NCBI GenBank assembly: GCA_030019215.1
Contig: JASEEZ010000003.1
Coordinates: forward strand, 12,109 to 76,108
Source: Actinomycetota bacterium
GTDB taxonomy: Bacteria > Actinomycetota > Aquicultoria > Subteraquimicrobiales > UBA9087
Direction: 5' to 3'
DNA: 64,000 nucleotides
The position numbers and the translations under genes were made by a program. Position 1 is the stretch's first letter. Every line of letters starts with the position of its first letter. Below the pieces are notes generated by a model, which did no database searches, had not been told where the DNA came from, and worked only from the letters and a program-made list of their open reading frames with translations. Of this stretch, positions 1 to 10,771 are shown in pieces.

Positions 1-657
1 GAGCTTCGGGCCAAGGGTCTGAGCTCTTACAAATTGGCCCTCTTCGGTGCCCTCGAGGACATCGATGTCGAGGTCGCCAGCGGCCAGATCGCTCTAGCCC
101 TAAAGGACATCACCCTCGCCGACCGAGCATATTCTCTCTACAGGGTTGAGGCCCAGGGGGTTCTGGAGAAGAAGGACGTCGGTGCCTCGATTCCGGAGTC
201 CACCTTTTTGAAGGATGAGACCGTCTACGAGAAGACAAACCTGGTCGACTACATCAAGCGACTCAAGGGAGTGGAGGAACTGGAGGAGGTCCATGGGGTC
301 GCAATCACTGCCCTATCCACGCAGCCTGAACAGAAAAAATACGATCCGGCGAGAGGGCTGGCCGAGCTACCCAGATCGGAGGAGCTTCTGGTGGTAATCA
401 CCGTGGAGAATCAGGGGAATCAGGTTGAAAGGGATATCCCCGTGGTGGTCACGCTCAAGTCAGAGATAGATCCCCGCGAGCAAAAGCGGGAGACGAAAAT
501 GTCATCCCTCCTGCCCGGAGAGAAAAAGACGAGCACAATCAGTGGGCTCAAGCCAGTGGCCGGGGTCGTGAATCTCCTCACTGTGACGGTGGGTCCGGTT
601 CCGAACGAGAAATACACCCGGAACAACGTGAGGGAGTTCAAATTCACTATGCCTTAG
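1..657 (+). CDS. hypothetical protein; 5' end lies outside the window because the frame is open from base 1
   Basis: Frame 1 is open from base 1 to the TAG at 655-657. The track ORF at 34..657 is the in-window part. I recognise no family confidently; there is a possible beta-rich GerM-like C-terminal region. Confidence 0.4.
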   Translation, partial: ELRAKGLSSYKLALFGALEDIDVEVASGQIALALKDITLADRAYSLYRVEAQGVLEKKDVGASIPESTFLKDETVYEKTNLVDYIKRLKGVEELEEVHGVAITALSTQPEQKKYDPARGLAELPRSEELLVVITVENQGNQVERDIPVVVTLKSEIDPREQKRETKMSSLLPGEKKTSTISGLKPVAGVVNLLTVTVGPVPNEKYTRNNVREFKFTMP

Positions 658-1858
658 CTGGCCCCTCTGGTTTTAATCGCTTTTCGGCCTCCCTTTTCAC
701 CACCGTATAGACGATTCTTAAAGGAACCTTTGCCTCCCCAGCCAGGCGAGCGCAGTCTTCATATTCCGGTGAAAGGCTGACCACTTTTCCTTTAAACCTC
801 CCCACCTTGACCCTGGCCTGGCCAAAGTCGGTTTTGACTTCGATGGTTTCTCGGCTGATCTTTCTTCTGGTTTTCCTGGAGAGGTGAACTCCAAAGGTGG
901 TCGTTTCCCTGAAGAGGATGTTCAGGATCTCACTCTCCTCGCCCGCCTTGGCGAGAACGGAGAGGGCCAGTCCGGGTCGATTCTTCTTCATGTAGATGGG
1001 GGATGCCCAGACGTCAAGGGCCCCGGCCTTAAACAACTTGTCCATGACGTAGCCGTAGAATTCTGGGTTGAGGTCGTCGATGTTGGTCTCGATCACTAGG
1101 ACTTCATCCATCTCGGCCGACTCAAACTCTTCGATCTCTCCCAAGATGAGCCGAAGCACATTGGGTATCTCCAGGTCTCTGGTTCCCGCTCCGTAGCCGA
1201 TTGAGCTTATCCTCATTGGTGGCATATCTCCGAAGCTTTTAGCGTAGGTTTTAATGATGGCCGCCCCTGTGGGTGTGGTCAGCTCGGCTGTTATTCCTCG
1301 ACTGTAGATGGGTGCCTCTCTTAGGATTTCCAGAGTGGCGGGTGAGGGAATGGGGATGGCACCGTGTTCTGTCCTTGCCAGCCCCATCCCGGTGGCTAGG
1401 GGCGAGGAGTAAACCTCTTCGATGCCCAATTGGTGGAGTCCGATGGCCGCTCCCACAATGTCGATGATGGTGTCGGTGGCCCCTATCTCGTGAAAATGAA
1501 TTTGATCAAGACTTTTTTGGTGTATTTTCGCCTCCGCCTGGGCCAGCTTGAGGAATATTTCCTTGCTTTTTTCCTTGACGGGAGGGGCGATCGCGCTCTC
1601 ATTGAGCAGATTTTTGATATTTGTCCAGGTACGAACGATGCCCCTTTCCTCCGCTCGAATGCTTACCTTGGTGGCTCCTATCCCTAGTTTGCTGACTTTC
1701 CCCGCCTCTATCTCGTAGTTTTGCAGGGGGAGCTTTTCCAGCTCTTTCCGGAGAGCCTCCAAAGGAAGCCCGACATCCAGGAGGGCTCCCAGAACCATGT
1801 CCCCGCTTATTCCAGCGAAGCAGTCGAAATAGGCTATCTTCATTCCATCAGCCTCCAA
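647..1858 (-). CDS. larC: LarC-like nickel insertion protein (DUF111) for the nickel-pincer nucleotide cofactor
   Basis: 403 aa. N-terminus 'MKIAYFDCFAGISGDMVLGALLDVG' is the hallmark LarC/DUF111 start. Length and C-terminal domain fit. Confidence 0.75.
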   Translation of the reverse strand: MEADGMKIAYFDCFAGISGDMVLGALLDVGLPLEALRKELEKLPLQNYEIEAGKVSKLGIGATKVSIRAEERGIVRTWTNIKNLLNESAIAPPVKEKSKEIFLKLAQAEAKIHQKSLDQIHFHEIGATDTIIDIVGAAIGLHQLGIEEVYSSPLATGMGLARTEHGAIPIPSPATLEILREAPIYSRGITAELTTPTGAAIIKTYAKSFGDMPPMRISSIGYGAGTRDLEIPNVLRLILGEIEEFESAEMDEVLVIETNIDDLNPEFYGYVMDKLFKAGALDVWASPIYMKKNRPGLALSVLAKAGEESEILNILFRETTTFGVHLSRKTRRKISRETIEVKTDFGQARVKVGRFKGKVVSLSPEYEDCARLAGEAKVPLRIVYTVVKREAEKRLKPEGPAKA

Positions 1859-2050
1859 GAATTAGGACTGAAGTCAAAAAGACTGAAAACCGAAGTAACT
1901 AATTAAAGCTGAAGTTTCTAGGTTGAAGCCTGAAGTTAAAAACTTTTTTAAAATCTAACCCCTTCAGCTCTTCAATCTCTTTACCCCACACCCTTTACCT
2001 TTTAACCATCTGCCATTCGCCATCTACAATAGCTGCTTAATCCTTGCAGC

Positions 2051-2860
2051 TTACTGCTCCTTTATTCCATATTCTTTGCTATCAGCCATCTGATTTATTA
2101 CTGCCGCGAGATAACCGGCTCCGAAACCATTGTCGATGTTGACTACTCCCACACCGGGGGCACAGGAATTTAGCATGGTGAGGAGAGCCGCCAAACCGCC
2201 GAAGCTTGCCCCATAACCAACGCTTGTGGGAACGGCAATGACCGGACAGGCAACCAGCCCGCCGACGATGCTGGGCAGTGCCCCCTCCATCCCGGCGACA
2301 ACCACGATCACCCGGGCTCTAGACAATTCTTTTCCGTGGGCCAGCAATCGGTGAAGGCCGGCGACCCCCACATCGTAGAGGCGTTCGGCCCGGCTTCCCA
2401 TTAGTTCGGCGGTCAGGGCCGCTTCCTCGGCCACAGGGATATCGGATGTTCCCGCCGTCAGCACGAGAACGAAGCCGACCTTCCTTGCCCTCCTTCTTTC
2501 GACCGTGATTATCTTCGCCCGCTTGTGATATTTGGCCGCCCGAGAGATCTTCTTCATGGCCAGATAATGTGACTCTTCGGCTCTGGTGGCCAGGATATTT
2601 TGGTCGCCTTCCAGGAGCTCTCTGGCGATCTCCTCAATCTCCGCGGGCGTTTTTCCGGCGCAGTATATTACCTCGGGGAATCCTTTCCTCAAGGCTCGAT
2701 GGCGATCTGGTTTGGCGAATCCCAGGTCGGAAAAGGGAAGACGCTTGAGTTTCTCCACCGCGGCCTCGATTTCAATCTTTCCCTCTCGAACCCCCTTTAG
2801 TAGGCGGAAAAGCTCGGTTTCAAGCAATTTTTCCCTCCTCAAGAGATGATTCAACCGCAT
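2051..2860 (-). CDS. larB: LarB, pyridinium-3,5-biscarboxylic acid mononucleotide synthase (PurE-like)
   Basis: 269 aa. 'VLVLTAGTSDIPVAEEA...VVVAGMEGALPSIVGG' is a PurE/AIR-carboxylase-like core with the LarB N-terminal extension. It lies between larE and larC. Confidence 0.75.
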   Translation of the reverse strand: MRLNHLLRREKLLETELFRLLKGVREGKIEIEAAVEKLKRLPFSDLGFAKPDRHRALRKGFPEVIYCAGKTPAEIEEIARELLEGDQNILATRAEESHYLAMKKISRAAKYHKRAKIITVERRRARKVGFVLVLTAGTSDIPVAEEAALTAELMGSRAERLYDVGVAGLHRLLAHGKELSRARVIVVVAGMEGALPSIVGGLVACPVIAVPTSVGYGASFGGLAALLTMLNSCAPGVGVVNIDNGFGAGYLAAVINQMADSKEYGIKEQ

Positions 2861-3671
2861 TTACTTTTCGATGATCGGCTGAGTGCAGGATTGTGCGGGC
2901 CAAGCCGAGCTCCTTGAATCGGCCGAGGACCCGATCATAGTCTCTCAGCAGCCGGGGGATTTCCGTATCCTTGATCTCGATTTCAGCGAACCTATCGTTC
3001 TGGAGGCGTACCCTCACCTGAGCGAATCCGATTTCTTTGAGGAAGGTTTCGGCTAGATCAACGAGGCGCAGTTTCTCGATGGTTATCCTCTCTCCGTGCG
3101 GTAGCCTGGTGGCCAGGCAGGATTGAGGGGGTTTGTCCCACGTGGTCAGGGCGAGGTCTTTGGAGAGCAGACGAATCTCCTCTTTGGTCAGCTTCGCTTC
3201 GGCTAGTGGACTGCGTATCCTAAGTTCCTTGGCCGCTCGAAGGCCCGGGCGAAAGTCGTTCAGATCGTCGCGGTTTGTGCCATCGATCACCTGAGCGATC
3301 TCCCTTTTCAGGGCGAGGTCGATCAATTTCGAATATAGGTTGCGTTTACAGAGGTAGCACCGCTCTTCCGTGTTGGCCAGAAATTCATCTCGAAGTTCAT
3401 CGGCAATCACTATATGTTCTACGCCCATTTCTTGGGCTAGCCTCTTGGCCTCCTCCAGCTCGCCGGAGGGAAGGATTTCAGAGGAGGCGGTGATGGCGAT
3501 CACTTTCTTTCCTAGAACCGCCTGAGCTATATTTAACAGAAGGGTGCTGTCGGCTCCTCCGGAAAAGGCAATCATCACGCTTCCCATATCGAGAACGGTC
3601 TCGCGCAAATTTTGATATTTGCATTTTAAGGGGATGTCCTTGTCTATCGTCTGCTTCGAGGGACTCACCAT
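2820..3671 (-). CDS. larE: LarE, ATP-dependent sacrificial sulfur transferase (PP-loop ATPase)
   Basis: 283 aa. PP-loop 'AFSGGADSTLLL'. Adjacent to larB (41-nt overlap) and co-directional with larB and larC. Confidence 0.75.
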   Translation of the reverse strand: MVSPSKQTIDKDIPLKCKYQNLRETVLDMGSVMIAFSGGADSTLLLNIAQAVLGKKVIAITASSEILPSGELEEAKRLAQEMGVEHIVIADELRDEFLANTEERCYLCKRNLYSKLIDLALKREIAQVIDGTNRDDLNDFRPGLRAAKELRIRSPLAEAKLTKEEIRLLSKDLALTTWDKPPQSCLATRLPHGERITIEKLRLVDLAETFLKEIGFAQVRVRLQNDRFAEIEIKDTEIPRLLRDYDRVLGRFKELGLARTILHSADHRKVNAVESSLEEGKIA

Positions 3672-3810
3672 CTCTCCTCCCGGCGCTTGAGCCGGTTTCG
3701 GGCAAAAATTGCCTCGGTGCGGATTCCCGATCCTATCCGATGGTCAGCTTTTTCTTAAAGAGCTTGTATTGTATAATCTAAACCAAACTTTAGAAAGGAG
3801 CAATCAGCTT

Positions 3811-4281
3811 TTGGACATACCTCTCCTGGCCTGGCTTGTGACCTGCTTTATTCTGCTGGCCTGGCTTGCTTTTCTCACAGTGAGCGTAAGGGGACTTCAG
3901 CGCCGGCACAGGGTTGTCTCGGAAGCGGCGAGGCGGGAGAACTTGAGCGATACCATCCTCCGCTTTGCCGAGGATATGCAGTTCCTGCGGGGGCGACTCG
4001 AGGGGCTTGAATCGGCTCAGCGAGAGATGGCAGATTACCTTCGGAGCACCATTCAAAAGGTGGGATTGGTGAGATTCGATGCCTTCGAGGATGTTGGAGG
4101 TAAACTCAGTTTCGCAGTGGCCTTTCTCGACGACCACGGTGATGGAGTCGTGGTGAGCTCCATCAATGGGCGGCAGGAAACTCGAATCTACGCCAAGCCG
4201 ATTCGAAAAGGGGAGTCCATCTACGCTCTCTCCGCCGAAGAGCGAGGGGCCCTGGCCAGGGCCATGAGTAAAGGTGTTTAG
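3811..4281 (+). CDS. DUF4446 family membrane protein
   Basis: 'VRFDAFEDVGGKLSFAVAFLDDHGDGVVVSSINGRQETRIYAKPI..GESIYALSAEE' matches the DUF4446 core. An N-terminal TM helix is present. I chose the TTG at 3811, 10 nt after AGGAG, which gives 156 aa, typical for the family; the track ATG at 3709 would give 190 aa. Confidence 0.55.
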   Translation: MDIPLLAWLVTCFILLAWLAFLTVSVRGLQRRHRVVSEAARRENLSDTILRFAEDMQFLRGRLEGLESAQREMADYLRSTIQKVGLVRFDAFEDVGGKLSFAVAFLDDHGDGVVVSSINGRQETRIYAKPIRKGESIYALSAEERGALARAMSKGV

Positions 4282-5797
4282 GGTGAGGAGATTATCCCCG
4301 ATCGATCAAGTTTATCTGGTCATCCGCTTCTCGAGCATCCTTGTGATCTGGCTTGCTTTCGGTCTCGGTCGCTTCCCACCTGAGATCCCACGGCTGTTTG
4401 CCTGGCTTCTACCATCCATTTTTACCCTCTACAGTGCCATTTTTGCTCTCTCACTGGGGTTGCTTCCAAGGCATCACCGACTCTTATATCTGATCGTCTT
4501 GCCGTTTGACCTCTTCTGTCTGACCTTTGCGGTCTACTTCACGGGTGGGGCCGATAGCCCATTCTACGTGGGCTACTTCATCTTGGCCAGCATCTATGCC
4601 CTTTGCTTCAAGGCTAGCTTGGGTATAGCTGTCGGATTTTCCTCAGCTGCCCTTTTTTCCCTGGGTAGCCTGAGGGAGCTTCCCACATCGGGCTGGGCCG
4701 ATCTGGGCGTCAAGACCAGTCTCCTCGTGGGAATGACCATCCTTCTGGCCATGATAACCGGAACCGAAAGGATGGAGAGGGAGGAGATAAGGAGGCTTAA
4801 CCTTATTCTTTCGGAGAAGAACGAGGAGCTTTCCAGGAAGGTGACAGAGCTCAACGCCATCTCCGGAATGGCCATGGCCATTCACTCCACACTGGACGTC
4901 GACGCCCTCACCAAGTTGACACTGAATCTGCTCAAGAAGGTGCTGAATTTGGGTGCTTGCTCCTTAATGATGATTGAGAAGAAAACCGGACAGATCCTTT
5001 TCTCGGCTACGGAGAGCTTGTCGAAGGAGGAGGCCAAAAAGGCTCTCTCCGAGGAGATAGCCAAGGGCATTTTATCGGGCAGGGAACAAAAGGTTGCCGA
5101 CTATGAACAGCTGAGCTTCTTCAGATGCATTCCTCTTCTTCACAGAGAGAACATAGTAGCTGCTCTTTGCACCGACTCCAAGGCCCTCGATGACATTTCC
5201 TCCGACGATGTGATGATACTCTCGGCCATCGCCAGCGAGTTGGCGGTGGCGATAGAAAATGTCCGCCTCTACGAGTTGACCAAAAAGCTTTCCGTAACCG
5301 ATGAGCTCACCGGTCTTTACAACTACCGACATCTCCAGCAGAGGCTAGAAAGCGAGCTCGAACGAGCGGAGCGCTACGTTCATCCTCTCTCCCTGATCAT
5401 GATAGATGTGGATGATTTTAAGTTGTATAACGATACTTACGGACATGTTCAGGGTGACTCTGTCCTGGCGAAAGTGGCTCGGATAATAAAAGGTAGCTGT
5501 CGGGAGTTGGATGTGGTGGCCAGATATGGAGGAGAGGAGTTTGCTATAATTTTGCCAGAAACTGACAGTTCCGGTGCTTTTGTGGTGGCGGAGAAGGTCA
5601 GGGAGGCGGTAGCCGAGCATAAGTTTTTGGGCCGGGATGGCCAAAGGGATGCTCGACTGAGTGTGAGTCTTGGAATAGCCAGTTACCCGGTTCACGCGGC
5701 TGATCTTGAGGGTTTGGTTAAAGAGGCGGATAATGCTCTTTACAGAGCCAAGACTGGGGGCCGAAACAGAATCTGCAAACCGGGCGAGGAGGGATGA
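4274..5797 (+). CDS. membrane-anchored GAF-GGDEF diguanylate cyclase
   Basis: 507 aa. About 5 N-terminal TM helices, a GAF domain, and a GGDEF domain with 'RYGGEEFAIILPETD' and the RxxD-like region. GTG start at 4274 overlaps the DUF4446 stop. Confidence 0.75.
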   Translation: MFRVRRLSPIDQVYLVIRFSSILVIWLAFGLGRFPPEIPRLFAWLLPSIFTLYSAIFALSLGLLPRHHRLLYLIVLPFDLFCLTFAVYFTGGADSPFYVGYFILASIYALCFKASLGIAVGFSSAALFSLGSLRELPTSGWADLGVKTSLLVGMTILLAMITGTERMEREEIRRLNLILSEKNEELSRKVTELNAISGMAMAIHSTLDVDALTKLTLNLLKKVLNLGACSLMMIEKKTGQILFSATESLSKEEAKKALSEEIAKGILSGREQKVADYEQLSFFRCIPLLHRENIVAALCTDSKALDDISSDDVMILSAIASELAVAIENVRLYELTKKLSVTDELTGLYNYRHLQQRLESELERAERYVHPLSLIMIDVDDFKLYNDTYGHVQGDSVLAKVARIIKGSCRELDVVARYGGEEFAIILPETDSSGAFVVAEKVREAVAEHKFLGRDGQRDARLSVSLGIASYPVHAADLEGLVKEADNALYRAKTGGRNRICKPGEEG

Positions 5798-5804
5798 TGT
5801 ACAA

Positions 5805-6641
5805 GTGGCGATAAGGATAGGATACCTGGGTCCCCAAGGGACCTTCACCGAAGAAGCCTTGCTTTCGGCTATCCCTCTCGAGGGCAAGGAACTCGTCTCC
5901 TACTCCACCGAACAAGAGGTCATCTACGCGGTGGAAAGAAAAGAGGCGGATAAGGGCATCGTCCCCATCGAAAATTCCATCGAGGGTTCGGTGAATGTGA
6001 CCCTGGATATGCTCACCTTCGAAGCGAGTCTTCTAATCGAGAGGGAAATAATCACTCCCATCAGGCATTACTTGATCTCTTCCCCGGGCATGAGCCTCAA
6101 GGATGTCTCTCTCTTGATCTCTCATCCGCAGGCCACCGCCCAGTGCCGGGGTTATCTGGCCGGGAATTTGCCCAACATTCCCGTGGTGGCCGCGAATAGT
6201 ACGGCCGAGGCAGTTAAGAGGGCGGCCGAGGAAGGGAGAACGGTGGCGGCCATCGGCACCAGGTTGGCGGCGGAACTCAATGGCTTGGTGATTCTGGACT
6301 CGGATATCCAGGACTTCAAGGACAATAAAACTAGATTCGTCATCGTGGGCAGGGAAGCGGCGCCCCGCACCGGCAATGATAAGACTTCCATGGTCTGCTT
6401 CATCTATGAGGATAGACCCGGCAGCCTTCTCCAGATATTGCAGGAGTTCGCTTACCGGTATATCAATCTGACAAAGATACAATCACGTCCTACCAAGAAA
6501 GCCTTGGGGGATTACTGCTTCTGGATCGATATGGAGGGACATCTGGAGGACGAGGCCATTGCCTCAGCCATCAAGTGTCTGCGCTGCAAGCTCCGCGATG
6601 TGAAGGTGCTCGGTTCCTATCCCAAAGCGGATAAGACCTAG
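5805..6641 (+). CDS. pheA: prephenate dehydratase with C-terminal ACT domain
   Basis: 'VAIRIGYLGPQGTFTEEA', '...TKIQSRPTKK...', ACT domain. I chose GTG 5805 as start (classic 'M-IAYLGP' N-terminus). The track ORF begins at 5706 inside the upstream gene. TAG stop. Confidence 0.75.
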   Translation: MAIRIGYLGPQGTFTEEALLSAIPLEGKELVSYSTEQEVIYAVERKEADKGIVPIENSIEGSVNVTLDMLTFEASLLIEREIITPIRHYLISSPGMSLKDVSLLISHPQATAQCRGYLAGNLPNIPVVAANSTAEAVKRAAEEGRTVAAIGTRLAAELNGLVILDSDIQDFKDNKTRFVIVGREAAPRTGNDKTSMVCFIYEDRPGSLLQILQEFAYRYINLTKIQSRPTKKALGDYCFWIDMEGHLEDEAIASAIKCLRCKLRDVKVLGSYPKADKT

Positions 6642-6756
6642 TGCCGTTACAACTTTAAGATAGTACCGTTACAACCTAATTTGCCTGATTGGTCTTACTC
6701 CATTAGAAAAGTGACCTTCTAACAAGGTAAAGTGAAAATAGTTGTAACGGCACTAG
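6638..6756. repeat. MITE-like element with inverted termini CTAGTGCCGTTACAAC / GTTGTAACGGCACTAG and an internal direct copy (TAGTACCGTTACAAC); copy 1 of 2
   Basis: Terminal inverted repeats read directly at 6638-6653 and 6741-6756. AT-rich interior. A second copy with the same termini is at 22975-23152. Confidence 0.6.
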
Positions 6757-8962
<2,206 letters not shown>

Positions 8963-9121
8963 TGTTCCCTCCAAATGATGCAACTCTTTTTAAACACAAT
9001 AGCTGGGAGGCGTCAAGTGTTGCACCCGATGGTGGAAGAAATTCCCTCGACTGCGCTCAGGATATTCGAGTGGCGCTGTGAAATTGTTTAAGCAGTTACC
9101 CTGTGGTAAACTTTTTCTGGA

Positions 9122-9163
9122 GGGTTACGCTAACTGGTAAGCGGGCGGTCTTGAACCCCGCAG
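9122..9163 (+). other. decayed tRNA 5' fragment (D-arm and anticodon-arm-like) immediately 5' of tRNA-Ser(TGA)
   Basis: 'GGAGGGTTACGCTAACTGGTAAGCGGGCGGTCTTGAACCCCGC' aligns with the 5' half of the fragment at 10772 and with type-II tRNA-Ser. It lacks a T-arm and an acceptor 3' strand. Confidence 0.4.
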
Positions 9164-9167
9164 ATAT

Positions 9168-9256
9168 GGTGGGATGGCAGAGTGGTTGAATGCACCGGTC
9201 TTGAAAACCGGCAAGGTCGTAAGGCCTTCAGGGGTTCGAATCCTCTTCCCACCGCC
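9168..9256 (+). tRNA. tRNA-Ser (anticodon TGA), type II with long variable arm, CCA encoded
   Basis: Acceptor GGTGGGA/TCCCACC. Anticodon loop CTTGAAA. T-loop GGTTCGAATCC. Discriminator G followed by CCA. Confidence 0.85.
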
Positions 9257-9466
9257 AATATGTGCGGGGCAAGTCCCTCACCCTCCGCCATTTTTGCGAA
9301 GCAAAAATGTCCTGAGTGAATCGGAGTTTGGCAAAGATGAGCCGAAGGGCAACAGTCCTAAGCAGCCTCGGGGGACAAAACGGGAAATGGACAGTGAGGA
9401 GTCGGCAGTAAATAAATCTTAAATCTTTTTACTCCCGACTCTCCACTAATAAACTCCCAACTTATT

Positions 9467-9559
9467 GGAGAGGTGCCCGAGTGGTTGAAGGGAGCCGCCT
9501 GCTAAGCGGTTAAGCCGGGAAACTGGCTTCGAGGGTTCGAATCCCTCCCTCTCCGCCAC
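9467..9559 (+). tRNA. tRNA-Ser (anticodon GCT), type II, CCA encoded
   Basis: Acceptor GGAGAGG/CCTCTCC. Anticodon loop CTGCTAA. T-arm GAGGGTTCGAATCCCTC. Discriminator G followed by CCA. Confidence 0.85.
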
Positions 9560-9656
9560 ATTTTAGTTGGTAGTTAGGAGTCGGGAGTCGGTAGTAAATA
9601 AAATCTTTATAAATCTTTTCACTCCAGACTACCCACTAACAAACTCCCGACTAAAT

Positions 9657-9732
9657 GCGCTCGTGGCTCAACGGATAGAGCGACGGACTACGAATCCGTA
9701 GGTTGGGGGTTCGATTCCCTCCGAGCGCACCA
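9657..9732 (+). tRNA. tRNA-Arg (anticodon ACG), CCA encoded; the substrate of TadA
   Basis: GCGCTCG acceptor. Anticodon loop CTACGAA. T-arm GGGGGTTCGATTCCCTC. Then CGAGCGC, discriminator A and CCA. Confidence 0.85.
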
Positions 9733-9910
9733 TTCTTGCGTGAAGTTCTCTTTGAATGGTGTAACTGAGGCACTAGGGGGTATGGGGGATTTATCCCCCA
9801 TGATTTAGGGGGTGACAGCCCCGCCGCAGGCGGGGCGTCCTCAGGGGGACTTGTCCCCCTAGGAACGTCGCGGAGGCGACGAGGGGGTTCGATTCCCTCC
9901 GAGCGCACCA
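9733..9910 (+). other. GC-rich multi-hairpin spacer followed by a 27-nt duplicate of the tRNA-Arg 3' end (9884-9910)
   Basis: Three G5/C5 hairpins (GGGGGATTTATCCCCC, GCCCCGCCGCAGGCGGGGC, GGGGGACTTGTCCCCC) nested in a CTAGGGGG/CCCCCTAG outer stem. 'GGTTCGATTCCCTCCGAGCGCACCA' at 9884-9910 is identical to the 3' end of the tRNA-Arg at 9657-9732. Confidence 0.55.
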
Positions 9911-9929
9911 GAAATGCGGTTAATAGTGG

Positions 9930-10121
9930 GTGGTTTGTAGCAAAATTCTGTATGATGTTGAGCCTAGGCTACGGGAGAAACGTTATGGGGAAGGTCTGCC
10001 AAGCGTGTATTATGATTCAGAATCTTATAAAGTTAAAAAAGAATGCTGGAAGAAAACAGGATTTATCAGACGTAGAAGTGTTAGAGAAAGTGGAAAAGGT
10101 TCTTGCAAAGGAAGAGGATGA
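9930..10121 (+). CDS. small hypothetical ORF in AT-rich insert (a 59-aa alternative frame with a CQAC pair also exists)
   Basis: 63-aa ORF in a roughly 35% GC island between the duplicated tRNA-Arg end and tadA. No recognisable family. The coding frame is uncertain. Confidence 0.2.
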   Translation: MVCSKILYDVEPRLREKRYGEGLPSVYYDSESYKVKKECWKKTGFIRRRSVRESGKGSCKGRG

Positions 10122-10303
10122 AACGGACTAAAGTTTTGAAGGGATACCATCATAGCTATTCTGAGGAATCTATTAAACAATATATGGCTTTGCCTACCGA
10201 AATGAAACTCAAATGGTTGGAGGAGGTAAATAGATTTTCTTACTGCGCTTTACCCCCAAAAAACAAAAAAATTAGGGAACTTCTTAGAGCTGGTAAAATT
10301 TAG
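10103..10303 (+). CDS. small hypothetical protein (66 aa, basic N-terminus, helical C-terminus) in AT-rich insert
   Basis: 'MQRKRMKRTKVLKGYHHSYSEESIKQYMALPTEMKLKWLEEVNRF...'. Low-GC codon usage unlike its neighbours. Possibly a remnant cargo gene of an integrated element. Confidence 0.25.
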   Translation: MQRKRMKRTKVLKGYHHSYSEESIKQYMALPTEMKLKWLEEVNRFSYCALPPKNKKIRELLRAGKI

Positions 10304-10315
10304 CTAGGTAAAGAT

Positions 10316-10762
10316 ATGACAGATGAAGAATATATAAAAATAGCTATTGGGGAGGCGAGAAAGGCCGCTTCCCAAGATGAGGTGCCTGTTGGCGCCGTTA
10401 TTGTTTTTGGTGATGAAATTATCGCTCGTGCCCACAATGAGCGCGAGGCCAGGCGCGATCCCACCGCCCACGCTGAGATTTTGGCCATTCGGGAGGCGGC
10501 TCGGCATCTTGGGAGCTGGCGATTGGCGAGTTGCACCATCTATGTGACTAAGGAACCCTGCCCCATGTGCGCCGGGGCGATCTTTCAAGCTCGCATCGAC
10601 CGGTTAGTTTATGGGGCTCCGGACGAGAAAGCGGGGGCGGTGGGCACTCTATACAACATAGTCAACGACGAAAGATTGAACCACCAGGTTGAAGTGGTGG
10701 CTGGAGTTTGCGAAAAAGTTTGTCGAGAGCTCCTGCAAGATTTTTTCAAAAAAAGGCGATAA
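10316..10762 (+). CDS. tadA: tRNA-specific adenosine deaminase (A34 of tRNA-Arg(ACG))
   Basis: 148 aa. CDA-fold zinc motifs 'HAEILAIREAA' and 'PCPMCAGAI'. Confidence 0.9.
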   Translation: MTDEEYIKIAIGEARKAASQDEVPVGAVIVFGDEIIARAHNEREARRDPTAHAEILAIREAARHLGSWRLASCTIYVTKEPCPMCAGAIFQARIDRLVYGAPDEKAGAVGTLYNIVNDERLNHQVEVVAGVCEKVCRELLQDFFKKRR

Positions 10763-10771
10763 AATAGTTTT

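Noticed and set aside
9174-9422. 82-aa track ORF overlapping tRNA-Ser(TGA) and further short ORFs (9651-9908 -, 10869-11057 -, 11238-11501 -) over the tRNA genes
   Set aside because: They coincide with confidently folded tRNA genes and their spacers. The composition is not protein-like.
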